64,000 nucleotides of DNA from Ignavibacteriaceae bacterium (lineage in GTDB: Bacteria; Bacteroidota; Ignavibacteria; Ignavibacteriales; Ignavibacteriaceae), in NCBI GenBank assembly GCA_013360295.1, contig JABWCL010000024.1, forward strand, positions 1,529 through 65,528, written 5' to 3'. Shown here in pieces: positions 20,311-29,725 of this stretch. The notes below the pieces were generated by a model. That model searched no databases. It worked only from the letters and a program-made list of their open reading frames with translations, and was not told where the DNA came from. The position numbers were made by a program, and so were the translations under genes. Every line of letters starts with the position of its first letter. Position 1 is the stretch's first letter.

Positions 20311-20619
20311 GTGTCCAATCAGAAAATAAGAATTAAACTGAAATCTTACGATCATATCCTGATTGATAAATCAACGGATAAGATCATAAAGACGGTTAAG
20401 AGTACCGGTGCTGTTGTCTCCGGGCCAATACCATTGCCAACGAAAAAATCAGTTTATACCGTTTTGCGTTCTCCGCACGTGGATAAGAAATCCCGCGAGC
20501 AGTTTGAGATTTCAACGCACAAAAGGATTATTGACATCCATAACTCCAATCCTCGTACTGTTGACTCACTGAGCAAATTAGATATTCCTGCCGGTGTTGA
20601 CATCGAGATCAAATTATAA
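20311..20619 (+). CDS. rpsJ: 30S ribosomal protein S10
   Basis: GTG start. [16 protein letters not shown]...GPIPLPTKK...[14 protein letters not shown]. Confidence 0.98.
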   Translation: MSNQKIRIKLKSYDHILIDKSTDKIIKTVKSTGAVVSGPIPLPTKKSVYTVLRSPHVDKKSREQFEISTHKRIIDIHNSNPRTVDSLSKLDIPAGVDIEIKL

Positions 20620-20635
20620 TCGTTATTGAGGTATT

Positions 20636-21268
20636 ATGTCGGGATTATTAGGTAAAAAACTTGGAATGTCCAGCGTCTATAACGAAGCCGGCAATAGAGT
20701 TCCGGTAACCGCTATAGAAGTCGGGCCTTGCAGAGTTATCAGAGTTAAATCAGTTGAGAAGGACGGTTACAGTTCCCTCCAACTCGGTTTCGGAGTAGTA
20801 AAGGAAAAGAAAGTCAGAAAACCCGAATTGGGCTATTACAAGAAACACAATCTTGATCTCTACGCCCACTTAAAAGAGTTCAGGTTCCCCACGGACATTA
20901 CTTATAAAGTCGGTGACGAGATAAAGGCAGACTTCTTTACCGAAGGTGAACTTATAAAAGTTCGCGGCACCAGCAAAGGAAAAGGATTCCAGGGCGTTAT
21001 GAGGCGTCACGGTTTCGGTGGTGTTGGCGGTACTACTCACGGACAGAGCGACAGGCTGAGAGCTCCCGGTTCGATCGGTGCGAGTTCTTATCCTTCCAGA
21101 GTTTTTAAGGGTCAGAAAATGGCCGGAAGAACAGGCGGAGAGAGCGTTACTGTTTCAAATCTCAGGGTTATGAAGATTTTCCCTGATAAGAATATTATTC
21201 TTGTTAAAGGTGCTGTTCCCGGCGCTGTTAATTCAATCGTTCAGTTACTTAAGAAACGGGTCGGATAA
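20636..21268 (+). CDS. rplC: 50S ribosomal protein L3
   Basis: GLLGKKLGMSSVY...GTSKGKGFQGVMRRHGF. Confidence 0.98.
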   Translation: MSGLLGKKLGMSSVYNEAGNRVPVTAIEVGPCRVIRVKSVEKDGYSSLQLGFGVVKEKKVRKPELGYYKKHNLDLYAHLKEFRFPTDITYKVGDEIKADFFTEGELIKVRGTSKGKGFQGVMRRHGFGGVGGTTHGQSDRLRAPGSIGASSYPSRVFKGQKMAGRTGGESVTVSNLRVMKIFPDKNIILVKGAVPGAVNSIVQLLKKRVG

Positions 21269-21271
21269 GAT

Positions 21272-21919
21272 ATGTTACTCGATGTTTATAAAATAGATGG
21301 TTCTTTAGCCGCTGAAAAACTGGAGGTTGCTGATTCTGTTTTTGGCGTTGAGCCAAACCAGCACAGTATTTACCTCACAGTTAAAGCATTTTTGGCTAAT
21401 CAGAGACAAGGTACAAGTAAAGCAAAGGAACGCAGCGAAGTTAGCGGCGGCGGAAAGAAACCCTGGAGACAGAAAGGGAGAGGAGGAGCCCGTGCCGGTT
21501 CTTCGAGATCACCTTTATGGGTTGGCGGCGGTACGATCTTTGGTCCAAAACCGAGAGATCATCGTCAGTATATTAATAAAAAAGTGAAAGCACTCGCTAA
21601 AAAATCAGCGCTTTCACACAAAATCAAAGACGAACAGTTTTTAGTTCTTGAAGATTTTAACTTCGAAAATATCAAAACTGCCCAGTTCGTTGATATCCTC
21701 AAAAAATTAAAAGTTGATGCCAAAAAAGTTACTCTATTAACTAACGGGACTCTGCAGAATGTGTACAAGTCAGGACGCAATATTGACAAAGTAAAAGTTC
21801 TCGAAGCCCAGAGCGCCTCAACTTACGATATTCTTAACAATCAGGTTTTACTGGTTCAGAAAAGCGCTGTTGAATTCCTGAACAACCAGTTAACCGGAAA
21901 TGTAACGGCGGTGAATTAA
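21272..21919 (+). CDS. rplD: 50S ribosomal protein L4
   Basis: SGGGKKPWRQKGRGGARAGSSRSPLWVGGGTIFGPKPRD. Confidence 0.98.
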   Translation: MLLDVYKIDGSLAAEKLEVADSVFGVEPNQHSIYLTVKAFLANQRQGTSKAKERSEVSGGGKKPWRQKGRGGARAGSSRSPLWVGGGTIFGPKPRDHRQYINKKVKALAKKSALSHKIKDEQFLVLEDFNFENIKTAQFVDILKKLKVDAKKVTLLTNGTLQNVYKSGRNIDKVKVLEAQSASTYDILNNQVLLVQKSAVEFLNNQLTGNVTAVN

Positions 21920-21920
21920 T

Positions 21921-22214
21921 ATGAGAAATGTTTTAGTAAAACCACTTTTCACCGAGAAGATGACAAAGGAAAACCAGGACCTTCAGAAGTACGGTTTCAT
22001 TGTTATCAGTTCGGCTAATAAAATTGAAATCGCGAAGGCCATTAAGGATAAGTACAACGTAACCGTGGCTGACGTTAATACCGTGAACTACAGAGGTAAA
22101 GTTAAAACACAGATGAGAAAATCCGGCCGTTTTACCGGAAGAACCGCAAAATTCAAAAAAGCGTATATCACCCTGAAAAAAGGTGAAAAAATCGATTTAT
22201 ACGGTGAAGCATAA
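21921..22214 (+). CDS. rplW: 50S ribosomal protein L23
   Basis: 97 aa, position between rplD and rplB. KPLFTEK...KKAYITL. Confidence 0.95.
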   Translation: MRNVLVKPLFTEKMTKENQDLQKYGFIVISSANKIEIAKAIKDKYNVTVADVNTVNYRGKVKTQMRKSGRFTGRTAKFKKAYITLKKGEKIDLYGEA

Positions 22215-22235
22215 TAGGGATTCGGAGAATATAGA

Positions 22236-23060
22236 ATGGCGATAAAATCATTAAAACCAGTTACACCAGGGACCAGATTCAGGTCGGTCTCGTCGTTCGA
22301 TGAAGTAACGAAATCTACTCCTGAAAAATCATTAACCGCAAGCCTGAAGAAATCAGGCGGAAGGAATAATTTAGGAAGAGTTACTTCCCGTCATCGCGGC
22401 GGCGGACACAAGAGAAAATACAGGATCATTGATTTCAAAAGAGATAAAACCGGTATTCCGGCCAAAGTATTCTCGATTGAATATGACCCGAATAGAACCT
22501 GCAGGATAGCCCTTTTGAATTATGCTGACGGAGAGAAAAGATATATTCTTGCTCCTGAAGGCTTAAAAGTTGGCGATACTATTCAGTCCGGCCCCGGCTC
22601 AGAAATCAGAGCAGGAAACGCGATGCAGCTTAAAGACCTGCCACTCGGCAGTTTTGTTCACAACGTTGAACTGAAACCTGGAAAAGGTGGGCAGTTAGGC
22701 AGAAGCGCAGGAAGCGCCTTACAGTTAATGGCTAAAGAAGGTGATCACGCGCAGCTTAAACTTCCTTCAGGCGAAGTAAGGTTAGTCCGTCTAAATTGTA
22801 TGGCTACCTATGGTTCAGTAGGAAATTCCGAACAGGAAAACATCAGCCTCGGAAAAGCCGGAAGAAGAAGATGGCTCGGGAGAAGGCCTCTTTCAAGAGG
22901 TGTTGCAAGAAACCCGGTTGACCACCCAATGGGCGGTGGTGAAGGAAAAACCTCAGGCGGCGGACACCCGGTATCACCGTGGGGTCAGAAAGCCAAAGGT
23001 TTAAAGACTCGTAAGAGGAAAAATATTTCTAACAGGTATATCGTTAAAAGAAGAAAATAA
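22236..23060 (+). CDS. rplB: 50S ribosomal protein L2
   Basis: [19 protein letters not shown]...[13 protein letters not shown]. Confidence 0.98.
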   Translation: MAIKSLKPVTPGTRFRSVSSFDEVTKSTPEKSLTASLKKSGGRNNLGRVTSRHRGGGHKRKYRIIDFKRDKTGIPAKVFSIEYDPNRTCRIALLNYADGEKRYILAPEGLKVGDTIQSGPGSEIRAGNAMQLKDLPLGSFVHNVELKPGKGGQLGRSAGSALQLMAKEGDHAQLKLPSGEVRLVRLNCMATYGSVGNSEQENISLGKAGRRRWLGRRPLSRGVARNPVDHPMGGGEGKTSGGGHPVSPWGQKAKGLKTRKRKNISNRYIVKRRK

Positions 23061-23078
23061 GTGAATTAGAAAGAATCT

Positions 23079-23366
23079 ATGCCAAGATCAGTCAAAAAAG
23101 GGCCTTTTATTGAAGCCAAGCTGTTAAAAAAAGTGCAGCAGTTGAATCAGTCGAACCAGAAAAAAATAGTTAAGACGTGGTCAAGATCTTCGACAATCTC
23201 TCCTGAGTTTGTCGGACATACAATCGCCGTTCATAACGGAAAACAGATGGTTCCGATCTTTATTTCGGAGAATATGGTTGGACACAAATTAGGTGAGTTC
23301 GCCCCTACCCGAATTTTCAGAGGCCATCCGGGTACCAAAGCTGAAAAGGCAGCTAAAGCAAAATAA
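23079..23366 (+). CDS. rpsS: 30S ribosomal protein S19
   Basis: [10 protein letters not shown]...[33 protein letters not shown]. Confidence 0.98.
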   Translation: MPRSVKKGPFIEAKLLKKVQQLNQSNQKKIVKTWSRSSTISPEFVGHTIAVHNGKQMVPIFISENMVGHKLGEFAPTRIFRGHPGTKAEKAAKAK

Positions 23367-23386
23367 TTGAGCAGGAAAACAGAATA

Positions 23387-23737
23387 ATGGAATCAAGAGC
23401 TATTTGCAGATATATCCCTTCATCACCCAGGAAGATGAGACTTGTAGTTGATCTCATCAGAGGTATGCAGGTTGACAGAGCAATCGAAGTACTACACTTT
23501 CAGACGAAAACTGCTGCGCGCGACGCGGAAAAAGTTTTAAGATCGGCAGTATCTAACCTCCTCAATAAGGATGAGAAGAAAAGAGTTGATCTTCACGAGA
23601 TGTTCGTCAAGGAAGCATACGTTAATGCCGGTCCTATGATGAAAAGAATTCAACCCGCTCCTATGGGCAGGGCATACAGGGTAAGAAAAAGATCCTGTCA
23701 TGTAACTATTGTTGTATCAATGAAAAATTCGAATTAG
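23387..23737 (+). CDS. rplV: 50S ribosomal protein L22
   Basis: 116 aa. [14 protein letters not shown] and conserved position. Confidence 0.96.
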   Translation: MESRAICRYIPSSPRKMRLVVDLIRGMQVDRAIEVLHFQTKTAARDAEKVLRSAVSNLLNKDEKKRVDLHEMFVKEAYVNAGPMMKRIQPAPMGRAYRVRKRSCHVTIVVSMKNSN

Positions 23738-23745
23738 GAGGATTT

Positions 23746-24387
23746 TTGGGACAGAAGACTAATCCTGTCGGTTTAAGAGTAGGAATTATCAGAGGCTGGG
23801 AATCAAACTGGTTCGAGCCAAAGAGTTACGCCGCAAAACTGAAAGAAGACGAGAAGCTCAGATCATATATTAAAAACCGCCTTGATAAGGCGGGGATAGC
23901 CAGGATCATCATTGACCGTACCTCTAAAAATCTGATTATCAATATTCATACTTCACGTCCGGGTGTGATTATCGGTAAAGGCGGTTCGGAAATCGGAAAG
24001 ATCGAACAGGAACTTAAGAAACTTACTGATAAGGATGTTAAGATTCAGATTTCCGAGATTAAACGTCCGGAACTTGACGCGAATCTTGTGGCAGCCAATA
24101 TTGCCGGTCAGTTGGAAAAAAGAGTATCATTCAGAAGGGTGATGAAATCTTCAATCACCGCCGCTATGAGAATGGGCGCTGAAGGAATTAAAGTGATGTT
24201 GGCCGGAAGGTTGGGCGGCGCGGAAATGGCAAGAACCGAACAGTATAAAGAAGGAAGAATTCCTCTTCATACACTGCGCGCGGATATTGACTATGCCTCC
24301 GGAAGAGCAGAAACCATCTATGGTTCTATTGGTATAAAAGTTTGGATCTGCCGCGGCGAGATCTTAGGTAAAAGATTATCAGACTAA
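23746..24387 (+). CDS. rpsC: 30S ribosomal protein S3
   Basis: TTG start. [13 protein letters not shown]...[12 protein letters not shown]. Confidence 0.98.
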   Translation: MGQKTNPVGLRVGIIRGWESNWFEPKSYAAKLKEDEKLRSYIKNRLDKAGIARIIIDRTSKNLIINIHTSRPGVIIGKGGSEIGKIEQELKKLTDKDVKIQISEIKRPELDANLVAANIAGQLEKRVSFRRVMKSSITAAMRMGAEGIKVMLAGRLGGAEMARTEQYKEGRIPLHTLRADIDYASGRAETIYGSIGIKVWICRGEILGKRLSD

Positions 24388-24408
24388 CAGAGATCGGAGT
24401 TTATAACT

Positions 24409-24828
24409 ATGTTAATGCCTAAAAGAGTAAAATTCAGGAGAGCGCAGAGAGGGCGCATGACAGGTAAAGCTACACGCGGTGCAGCAGTTGCTTTCGGTGA
24501 TTTTGGACTAAAAGCCCTTGAACCCGAATGGATAACTAGCCGCCAGATAGAAGCATGCAGGGTGGCTCTTTCAAGAAAAATGAAAAGGGACGGTAAAGTC
24601 TGGATCAGAATCTTCCCGGATAAGCCGGTTTCAAAGAAGCCTCTCGAGACCCGTATGGGTAAAGGAAAAGGCGCACCGGAATTCTGGGTGGCAGTTGTAA
24701 AGCCCGGAAGAATCTTATTCGAGGTTTCCGGTGTTACACGCGAAGTTGCTACTGAAGCTTTAACGCTCTGCGCGCATAAGCTTCCAATTAAAACCAAAAT
24801 TGTCACAAGACCAGATTACGAGAATTAA
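24409..24828 (+). CDS. rplP: 50S ribosomal protein L16
   Basis: [17 protein letters not shown]...[22 protein letters not shown]. Confidence 0.98.
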   Translation: MLMPKRVKFRRAQRGRMTGKATRGAAVAFGDFGLKALEPEWITSRQIEACRVALSRKMKRDGKVWIRIFPDKPVSKKPLETRMGKGKGAPEFWVAVVKPGRILFEVSGVTREVATEALTLCAHKLPIKTKIVTRPDYEN

Positions 24829-24839
24829 TCGGAACAGAA

Positions 24840-25058
24840 ATGAAAATTACAGAAATAAGAGAATTAACTACTGACGAAATAGTAAAAAGAATAGCTGAGG
24901 AGGAAAACACTTTAACAGACCTCAGGTTTTCTCTTGCGTTGAAGCAGTTGGATAATACCGCGAAAGTAACTAACAGCCGTAAAACAATTGCCAGGCTTAA
25001 AACTGAACTGAATGCCCGCAAGGCAGCGGCCCTGAAATCAGGCGCGGCGGTAAAGTAA
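24840..25058 (+). CDS. rpmC: 50S ribosomal protein L29
   Basis: 72 aa, position between rplP and rpsQ. EIRELTTDEI... Confidence 0.93.
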   Translation: MKITEIRELTTDEIVKRIAEEENTLTDLRFSLALKQLDNTAKVTNSRKTIARLKTELNARKAAALKSGAAVK

Positions 25059-25070
25059 GGAGAACAGATA

Positions 25071-25340
25071 ATGAGTGAAACAAGCACAAAAAGACCTCTC
25101 AGAAAAACCAGGATTGGTTTAGTTGTAAGCAACAAAATGGATAAAACTATCTCTGTAACCATAGAGAGAAAAGTTGCTCATCCGGTTTATAAAAAATATT
25201 TTAAGAAGACCACCAAACTTATGGCGCACGATGAAAAAAATGAATGCAGCATCGGTGACAAAGTTAAGATAATGGAAACAAGGCCCCTCAGTAAGAAAAA
25301 AAGATGGAGACTTGTTGAAATTGTTGAGAAGGTTAAGTAG
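25071..25340 (+). CDS. rpsQ: 30S ribosomal protein S17
   Basis: [28 protein letters not shown]...KLMAHDE. Confidence 0.96.
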   Translation: MSETSTKRPLRKTRIGLVVSNKMDKTISVTIERKVAHPVYKKYFKKTTKLMAHDEKNECSIGDKVKIMETRPLSKKKRWRLVEIVEKVK

Positions 25341-25361
25341 TATTATTCCAGGAGATTCAAA

Positions 25362-25730
25362 ATGATTCAAGAAGAAACTAATCTTACAGTAGCGGACAAC
25401 TCGGGTGCGAAGAGAGTAAGGTGCATCCGTGTTCTCGGAGGAAGCGGCAGAAAATATGCTTCTCTCGGTGATCTTATAGTGGTATCCGTAAAAGCCGCGC
25501 TGCCAAACGGTGCCGTAAAAAAGGGTGAAGTATCCAGGGCGGTTATCGTCCGGACCAAAAAAGAAGTAAGAAGAAAAGATGGCTCTTACATCCGTTTTGA
25601 TGAGAATGCAGCCGTATTGATTAACAACCAGAACGAACCTAAAGGTACACGTATCTTCGGGCCCGTTGCACGCGAACTGAGAGAAAAACAGTTTATGAAA
25701 ATTGTCTCTTTAGCGCCAGAAGTATTATAA
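25362..25730 (+). CDS. rplN: 50S ribosomal protein L14
   Basis: [28 protein letters not shown]. Confidence 0.98.
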   Translation: MIQEETNLTVADNSGAKRVRCIRVLGGSGRKYASLGDLIVVSVKAALPNGAVKKGEVSRAVIVRTKKEVRRKDGSYIRFDENAAVLINNQNEPKGTRIFGPVARELREKQFMKIVSLAPEVL

Positions 25731-25740
25731 GGAATTTGCC

Positions 25741-26082
25741 GTGAAACTCAGAATTAAAAAAGATGATTTTGTACAGGTTATTTCCGGAAACGACAAAGGG
25801 AAAACCGGTAAAGTATTAAAAGTGTTTCCAAAAGAAGGCCGTCTCATTATTGAGGGCGTTAATATTAGAAAACGCCATACGAAGCCTTCTCAGAAAAGTA
25901 CACAGGGCGGAATTATTGAAAAGGAAATGTCAATAAACGCTTCTAACGTTATGATCCTTGATCCCAAGACGAGTGAGCCTACCAGGATCGGATCGAAAAT
26001 TATTCTCGATGAGAAGACAAATAAAAAGAAAATCACAAGAATCAGCCGTAAAACCGGTGAAATGTTCCCTATAACTAAATAA
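25741..26082 (+). CDS. rplX: 50S ribosomal protein L24
   Basis: GTG start. KOW motif [23 protein letters not shown]. Confidence 0.96.
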   Translation: MKLRIKKDDFVQVISGNDKGKTGKVLKVFPKEGRLIIEGVNIRKRHTKPSQKSTQGGIIEKEMSINASNVMILDPKTSEPTRIGSKIILDEKTNKKKITRISRKTGEMFPITK

Positions 26083-26104
26083 GTTTTTAAGGTATTAGTT
26101 TACA

Positions 26105-26764
26105 ATGGCATCAAAACAGGACAGAAAAGATAAGACTGAACAGAAGAGCAAGAAAGGCCAGGAGGGCGGAAAATCAGCCCCTGCAGCCGAAGAGAAAAAG
26201 GAAAGGGTCCCTTGCCGGTTACAGTTAATTTACAAGAAGGATATTGTTCCCTCTTTGATGAAGAAATTCGATTACAAGAGCGTAATGGAAGTTCCGAAAC
26301 TGGTAAAGGTCACCATCAACTTTGGTGTCGGTGACGCAGTATCGGATCCTAAACTGCTCGAAGAAGCAATAAAAGATCTGGAAGCGATTACAGGTCAGAA
26401 ACCCAGCGTAAGAAAATCGAAGAAAGCGATCTCAAATTTCAAACTTCGCCAGGGAATAAATATCGGCGCTATGGTTACACTGCGCAAAGAAAATATGTAT
26501 GAGTTCCTTGACAGGTTCATTAATATCGCACTTCCGCGTGTACGCGATTTCCGCGGTTTATCGGATAAGTCATTCGACGGACGCGGTAATTATACCATCG
26601 GTATTAAAGAGCAGATCATTTTCCCTGAGATTAATGTTGATAAGGTGGTTAAGATACTTGGTATGGATATATCATTTGTGACTACCGCAAAGACAGACAA
26701 CGAAGCGTTTGAATTATTCACCGCTTTTGGTTTCCCATTTCGTAAAAAAGAAGTCAGAGCTTAA
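26105..26764 (+). CDS. rplE: 50S ribosomal protein L5, with a Lys-rich N-terminal extension of about 35-40 aa
   Basis: The core from [18 protein letters not shown]...NFGVGDA...[16 protein letters not shown] is typical L5. There is no in-frame ATG/GTG/TTG between 26105 and the conserved core. Confidence 0.93.
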   Translation: MASKQDRKDKTEQKSKKGQEGGKSAPAAEEKKERVPCRLQLIYKKDIVPSLMKKFDYKSVMEVPKLVKVTINFGVGDAVSDPKLLEEAIKDLEAITGQKPSVRKSKKAISNFKLRQGINIGAMVTLRKENMYEFLDRFINIALPRVRDFRGLSDKSFDGRGNYTIGIKEQIIFPEINVDKVVKILGMDISFVTTAKTDNEAFELFTAFGFPFRKKEVRA

Positions 26765-26776
26765 TAAGGAGTTTTA

Positions 26777-27046
26777 ATGGCAAGAAAAAGTTTATTTGCC
26801 CGAGAAGAAAAAAGAAAAAGACTGGTCGAAAAATATAAGAAGATCCGCGCTGAATTAAAGGAGAAGGGTGACTATGATGCTTTACAGCAGTTACCAAGGA
26901 ACTCTGCTCCCATCAGACTGCATAACAGGTGCCAGTCAACCGGAAGGGCGCGTGCCTTCTATCGCAAGTTTGGAGTTTCCAGGCTGGTGTTCAGGGAGAA
27001 AGCGCTGAACGGCGAGATCCCAGGAATTAAAAAGGCTAGTTGGTAA
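26777..27046 (+). CDS. rpsN: 30S ribosomal protein S14 (long form, no CxxC pair)
   Basis: 89 aa. C-terminus [27 protein letters not shown]. Confidence 0.96.
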   Translation: MARKSLFAREEKRKRLVEKYKKIRAELKEKGDYDALQQLPRNSAPIRLHNRCQSTGRARAFYRKFGVSRLVFREKALNGEIPGIKKASW

Positions 27047-27058
27047 TAGGAGTATAAT

Positions 27059-27454
27059 ATGAATGTAACAGATCCGATTGCAGATCTTTTAACGAGAGTT
27101 AGAAACGCTGTAAAAGCAAACAAGAGAAAAGTTGATGTACCCTGCTCGAACCTGAAAAAGGGAATGGTAGAGATACTTAAGCAGCAGAAATTCATTAATG
27201 ACTACGCGATTGTGGAAGATAATAAACAGAACGTCATCAGGATATTGTTGAAGTATTCCGGAGGAAATTCTGCGATAACCGGTCTCAGAAGAGTTAGCAG
27301 GCCCGGTTTAAGACAATATGCAAATGCTGAGGCTTTACCGCGTGTTTACAACGGTTACGGTATTGCAATAATTTCAACATCTAAAGGATTAATGACAGAT
27401 AAACAAGCCCGCATTTCTTCAATCGGCGGTGAAGTTCTCTGTTATATCTGGTAA
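27059..27454 (+). CDS. rpsH: 30S ribosomal protein S8
   Basis: TDPIADLLTRVRNA...GIAIISTSKGLMTD...GGEVLCYIW. Confidence 0.98.
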   Translation: MNVTDPIADLLTRVRNAVKANKRKVDVPCSNLKKGMVEILKQQKFINDYAIVEDNKQNVIRILLKYSGGNSAITGLRRVSRPGLRQYANAEALPRVYNGYGIAIISTSKGLMTDKQARISSIGGEVLCYIW

Positions 27455-27478
27455 AAAATTTTATTTTGGAGTTTAACT

Positions 27479-28018
27479 GTGTCTAGAATTGGAAAAAAAC
27501 CTGTTGTCGTCCCTAAAGGTGTAACTGTTACCCTTAGCGGAAATGAAATTAAGGTTAAAGGGCCGAAGGGTGAATTAGCTGCCGGGCTTCATCCGAATAT
27601 TGAAATGAAGACTGAGAACGGCGAAGTGGTATTTGCCCGTCCGAATGATTTTAAGGAAAACAGATCTCTTCACGGTTTGATGAGAGCTCTTCTTCAGAAT
27701 ATGGTAGTAGGCGTTACCGAAGGTTATTCTAAAACCCTTGATATCGTTGGCGTGGGATACAAAGTTGAGCAGAAAGGCACTAACCTTCTGATGAACCTTG
27801 GATATTCACACCCGATATATTTTATCCCGCCGGCAGGAATCACTGTTCAGGCTACAACTCCTACACAGGTTGTAATCAGCGGTATTGACAAACAGCTGGT
27901 CGGACAGGTTGCCGCGAAGCTCCGCTCATTCAAGGAGCCGGAACCGTACAAGGGTAAAGGTATCAAGTACAGCACAGAACAGCTCAGAAGAAAAGCCGGT
28001 AAGACCGCAGGTAAATAG
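27479..28018 (+). CDS. rplF: 50S ribosomal protein L6
   Basis: GTG start. SRIGKKPVVVPKGVTV...EPYKGKGIKY. Confidence 0.98.
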   Translation: MSRIGKKPVVVPKGVTVTLSGNEIKVKGPKGELAAGLHPNIEMKTENGEVVFARPNDFKENRSLHGLMRALLQNMVVGVTEGYSKTLDIVGVGYKVEQKGTNLLMNLGYSHPIYFIPPAGITVQATTPTQVVISGIDKQLVGQVAAKLRSFKEPEPYKGKGIKYSTEQLRRKAGKTAGK

Positions 28019-28036
28019 TTTTAGGAGTAAGGTAAT

Positions 28037-28402
28037 ATGATTAAAAGAAAATCAAATAATCGCTTAAGAGCAAAAACTAAGATCAGGAAAACCATCTCTG
28101 GTACATCCGCCAAGCCGCGTTTGAGTGTGTACAGGAGCCTGAATCATGTCTACGCGCAGTTGGTTGATGATACAAACCAGAAAACTCTTCTGACCGTTTC
28201 CACTCTCTCCAAAGAGTTAAACGAGAAGGTTAAAGAGTTGAAGGGCAAAGTATCCAAAAGTAAAGTTGTCGGAAGCCTGCTCGCTGAGCGCGCTCTTGGT
28301 ATGGATATTAAAGAAGTTGTATTCGACCGTAATGGTTACAGATATCACGGCAGGATCAAATCCTTAGCCGACGGTGCAAGAGAAAAAGGTTTAAAGTTTT
28401 AA
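28037..28402 (+). CDS. rplR: 50S ribosomal protein L18
   Basis: PRLSVYRSLNHVYAQLVDD...VFDRNGYRYHGRIKSLADGAREKGLKF. Confidence 0.98.
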   Translation: MIKRKSNNRLRAKTKIRKTISGTSAKPRLSVYRSLNHVYAQLVDDTNQKTLLTVSTLSKELNEKVKELKGKVSKSKVVGSLLAERALGMDIKEVVFDRNGYRYHGRIKSLADGAREKGLKF

Positions 28403-28410
28403 ATAAGTAC

Positions 28411-28484
28411 TGCCGGGTCGTCTAATGGCAGGACAGCGGCCTTTGGAGCCGTATGTGGAGGTTCGAGTCCTCCCCCGGCAGCCA
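28411..28484 (+). tRNA. tRNA-Gln (anticodon TTG) with genomically encoded CCA, embedded between rplR and rpsE
   Basis: Hand-folded cloverleaf. Acceptor TGCCGGG/CCCGGCA (U1-A72, as in bacterial tRNA-Gln), D-stem GTCT/GGAC, anticodon stem GCGGC/GCCGT with loop CTTTGGA, T-arm GGAGG-TTCGAGT-CCTCC, discriminator G, then CCA (28482-28484). Confidence 0.9.
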
Positions 28485-28530
28485 AAGCAATATTGTAAAG
28501 TTTATAATAGGAATTCATCGGAGTTAAAAT

Positions 28531-29046
28531 TTGAAAAAATTTGCTAATATAAAGTCAGTGGAAGCACAGGACTTAAAGGAAAAAGTAGTTCACATTAACC
28601 GTGTAGCAAAAGTGGTTAAGGGTGGAAGAAGGTTTGGTTTCAACGCTATAGTTGTTGTGGGTAACGGCCAGGGTATAGTTGGCGTAGGGCTCGGCAAAGC
28701 GAATGAAGTAACCGATGCAATTCAGAAAGGCATCGATGATGCCAAGAAAAATCTGGTAAAAGTAACTGTATTCAAAAACACCATTCCGCACGAGATCATT
28801 GGAAAATTCGGCGCGGGTAAAGTGCTTCTGAAACCGGCTTCACCCGGTACCGGTCTTATTGCCGGCGGCGGAGTGCGCGCGGTCCTCGAAGCAGCAGGAA
28901 TCCAGGATATATTAACTAAGTCATTAGGCTCAAGCAATCCTCACAATCAGGTAAAGGCAACCCTGTCGGGTCTTCTTCATCTGATTGATGCAAGGAGCAT
29001 GGCCCGTAAAAGAGGGATGACAGTTACAGAACTGTTTAACAGCTAA
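28531..29046 (+). CDS. rpsE: 30S ribosomal protein S5
   Basis: TTG start. [42 protein letters not shown]. Confidence 0.98.
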   Translation: MKKFANIKSVEAQDLKEKVVHINRVAKVVKGGRRFGFNAIVVVGNGQGIVGVGLGKANEVTDAIQKGIDDAKKNLVKVTVFKNTIPHEIIGKFGAGKVLLKPASPGTGLIAGGGVRAVLEAAGIQDILTKSLGSSNPHNQVKATLSGLLHLIDARSMARKRGMTVTELFNS

Positions 29047-29061
29047 TAGAAGGGTATTCAG

Positions 29062-29250
29062 ATGTCAGCAAAAATTAAAATTACACAAGTCAGAAGTATA
29101 ATTGACAGAACAGAAACACAGAAGCGTACTATTAAAGCGCTGGGATTAGGCCGCCCGAGTTATTCGGTTACCCATAACGATACTCCGCAGATTCGCGGTA
29201 TGATTAAAAAAGTACAGCATTTAATTAAAATTGAAGAAGTGAAAGAGTAA
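29062..29250 (+). CDS. rpmD: 50S ribosomal protein L30
   Basis: 62 aa. KIKITQVRSIIDRTETQKRTIKALGL. Confidence 0.95.
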   Translation: MSAKIKITQVRSIIDRTETQKRTIKALGLGRPSYSVTHNDTPQIRGMIKKVQHLIKIEEVKE

Positions 29251-29262
29251 ACAGGTAGGATA

Positions 29263-29721
29263 ATGGATCTCTTAAGTAATCTTAAATACGCTGAAGGCTC
29301 AAAGAAAAAGAGAAAAAGAGTCGGAAGAGGCGAGGGCTCAGGCCACGGTGGATATTCGACCAGAGGTATGAACGGTCAGAACTCCCGCTCAGGAGCTAAA
29401 TTCAGAGCGTGGTTTGAAGGCGGTCAGATGCCTTTGCAGCGTCGTATACCTAAAGTCGGCTTCAATAGCCCTTTCAAGGTTGTATATCAGGTAGTTAATC
29501 TTTCTCAGTTACAGAAGTTTGTTGAAAAAAATCCTGTTGAAGGTACAATCGACGCGAAAGTGCTTTACAAGGGTGGTTTGATTTCATACGCTTTGCGTCC
29601 ATATAAAATTCTGGGCGACGGAGGATTGACTGCTAAAATAAATATCGTTGCCCACGGTTTCAGCAAAAAAGCTGAAGAGAAAATTATCGCGGCGGGCGGA
29701 ACAATTAACAAGCTAAGTTAA
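29263..29721 (+). CDS. rplO: 50S ribosomal protein L15
   Basis: KRVGRGEGSGHGGYSTRGMNGQNSRSG...GGQMPLQRRIPK. Confidence 0.97.
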   Translation: MDLLSNLKYAEGSKKKRKRVGRGEGSGHGGYSTRGMNGQNSRSGAKFRAWFEGGQMPLQRRIPKVGFNSPFKVVYQVVNLSQLQKFVEKNPVEGTIDAKVLYKGGLISYALRPYKILGDGGLTAKINIVAHGFSKKAEEKIIAAGGTINKLS

Positions 29722-29725
29722 GTAA

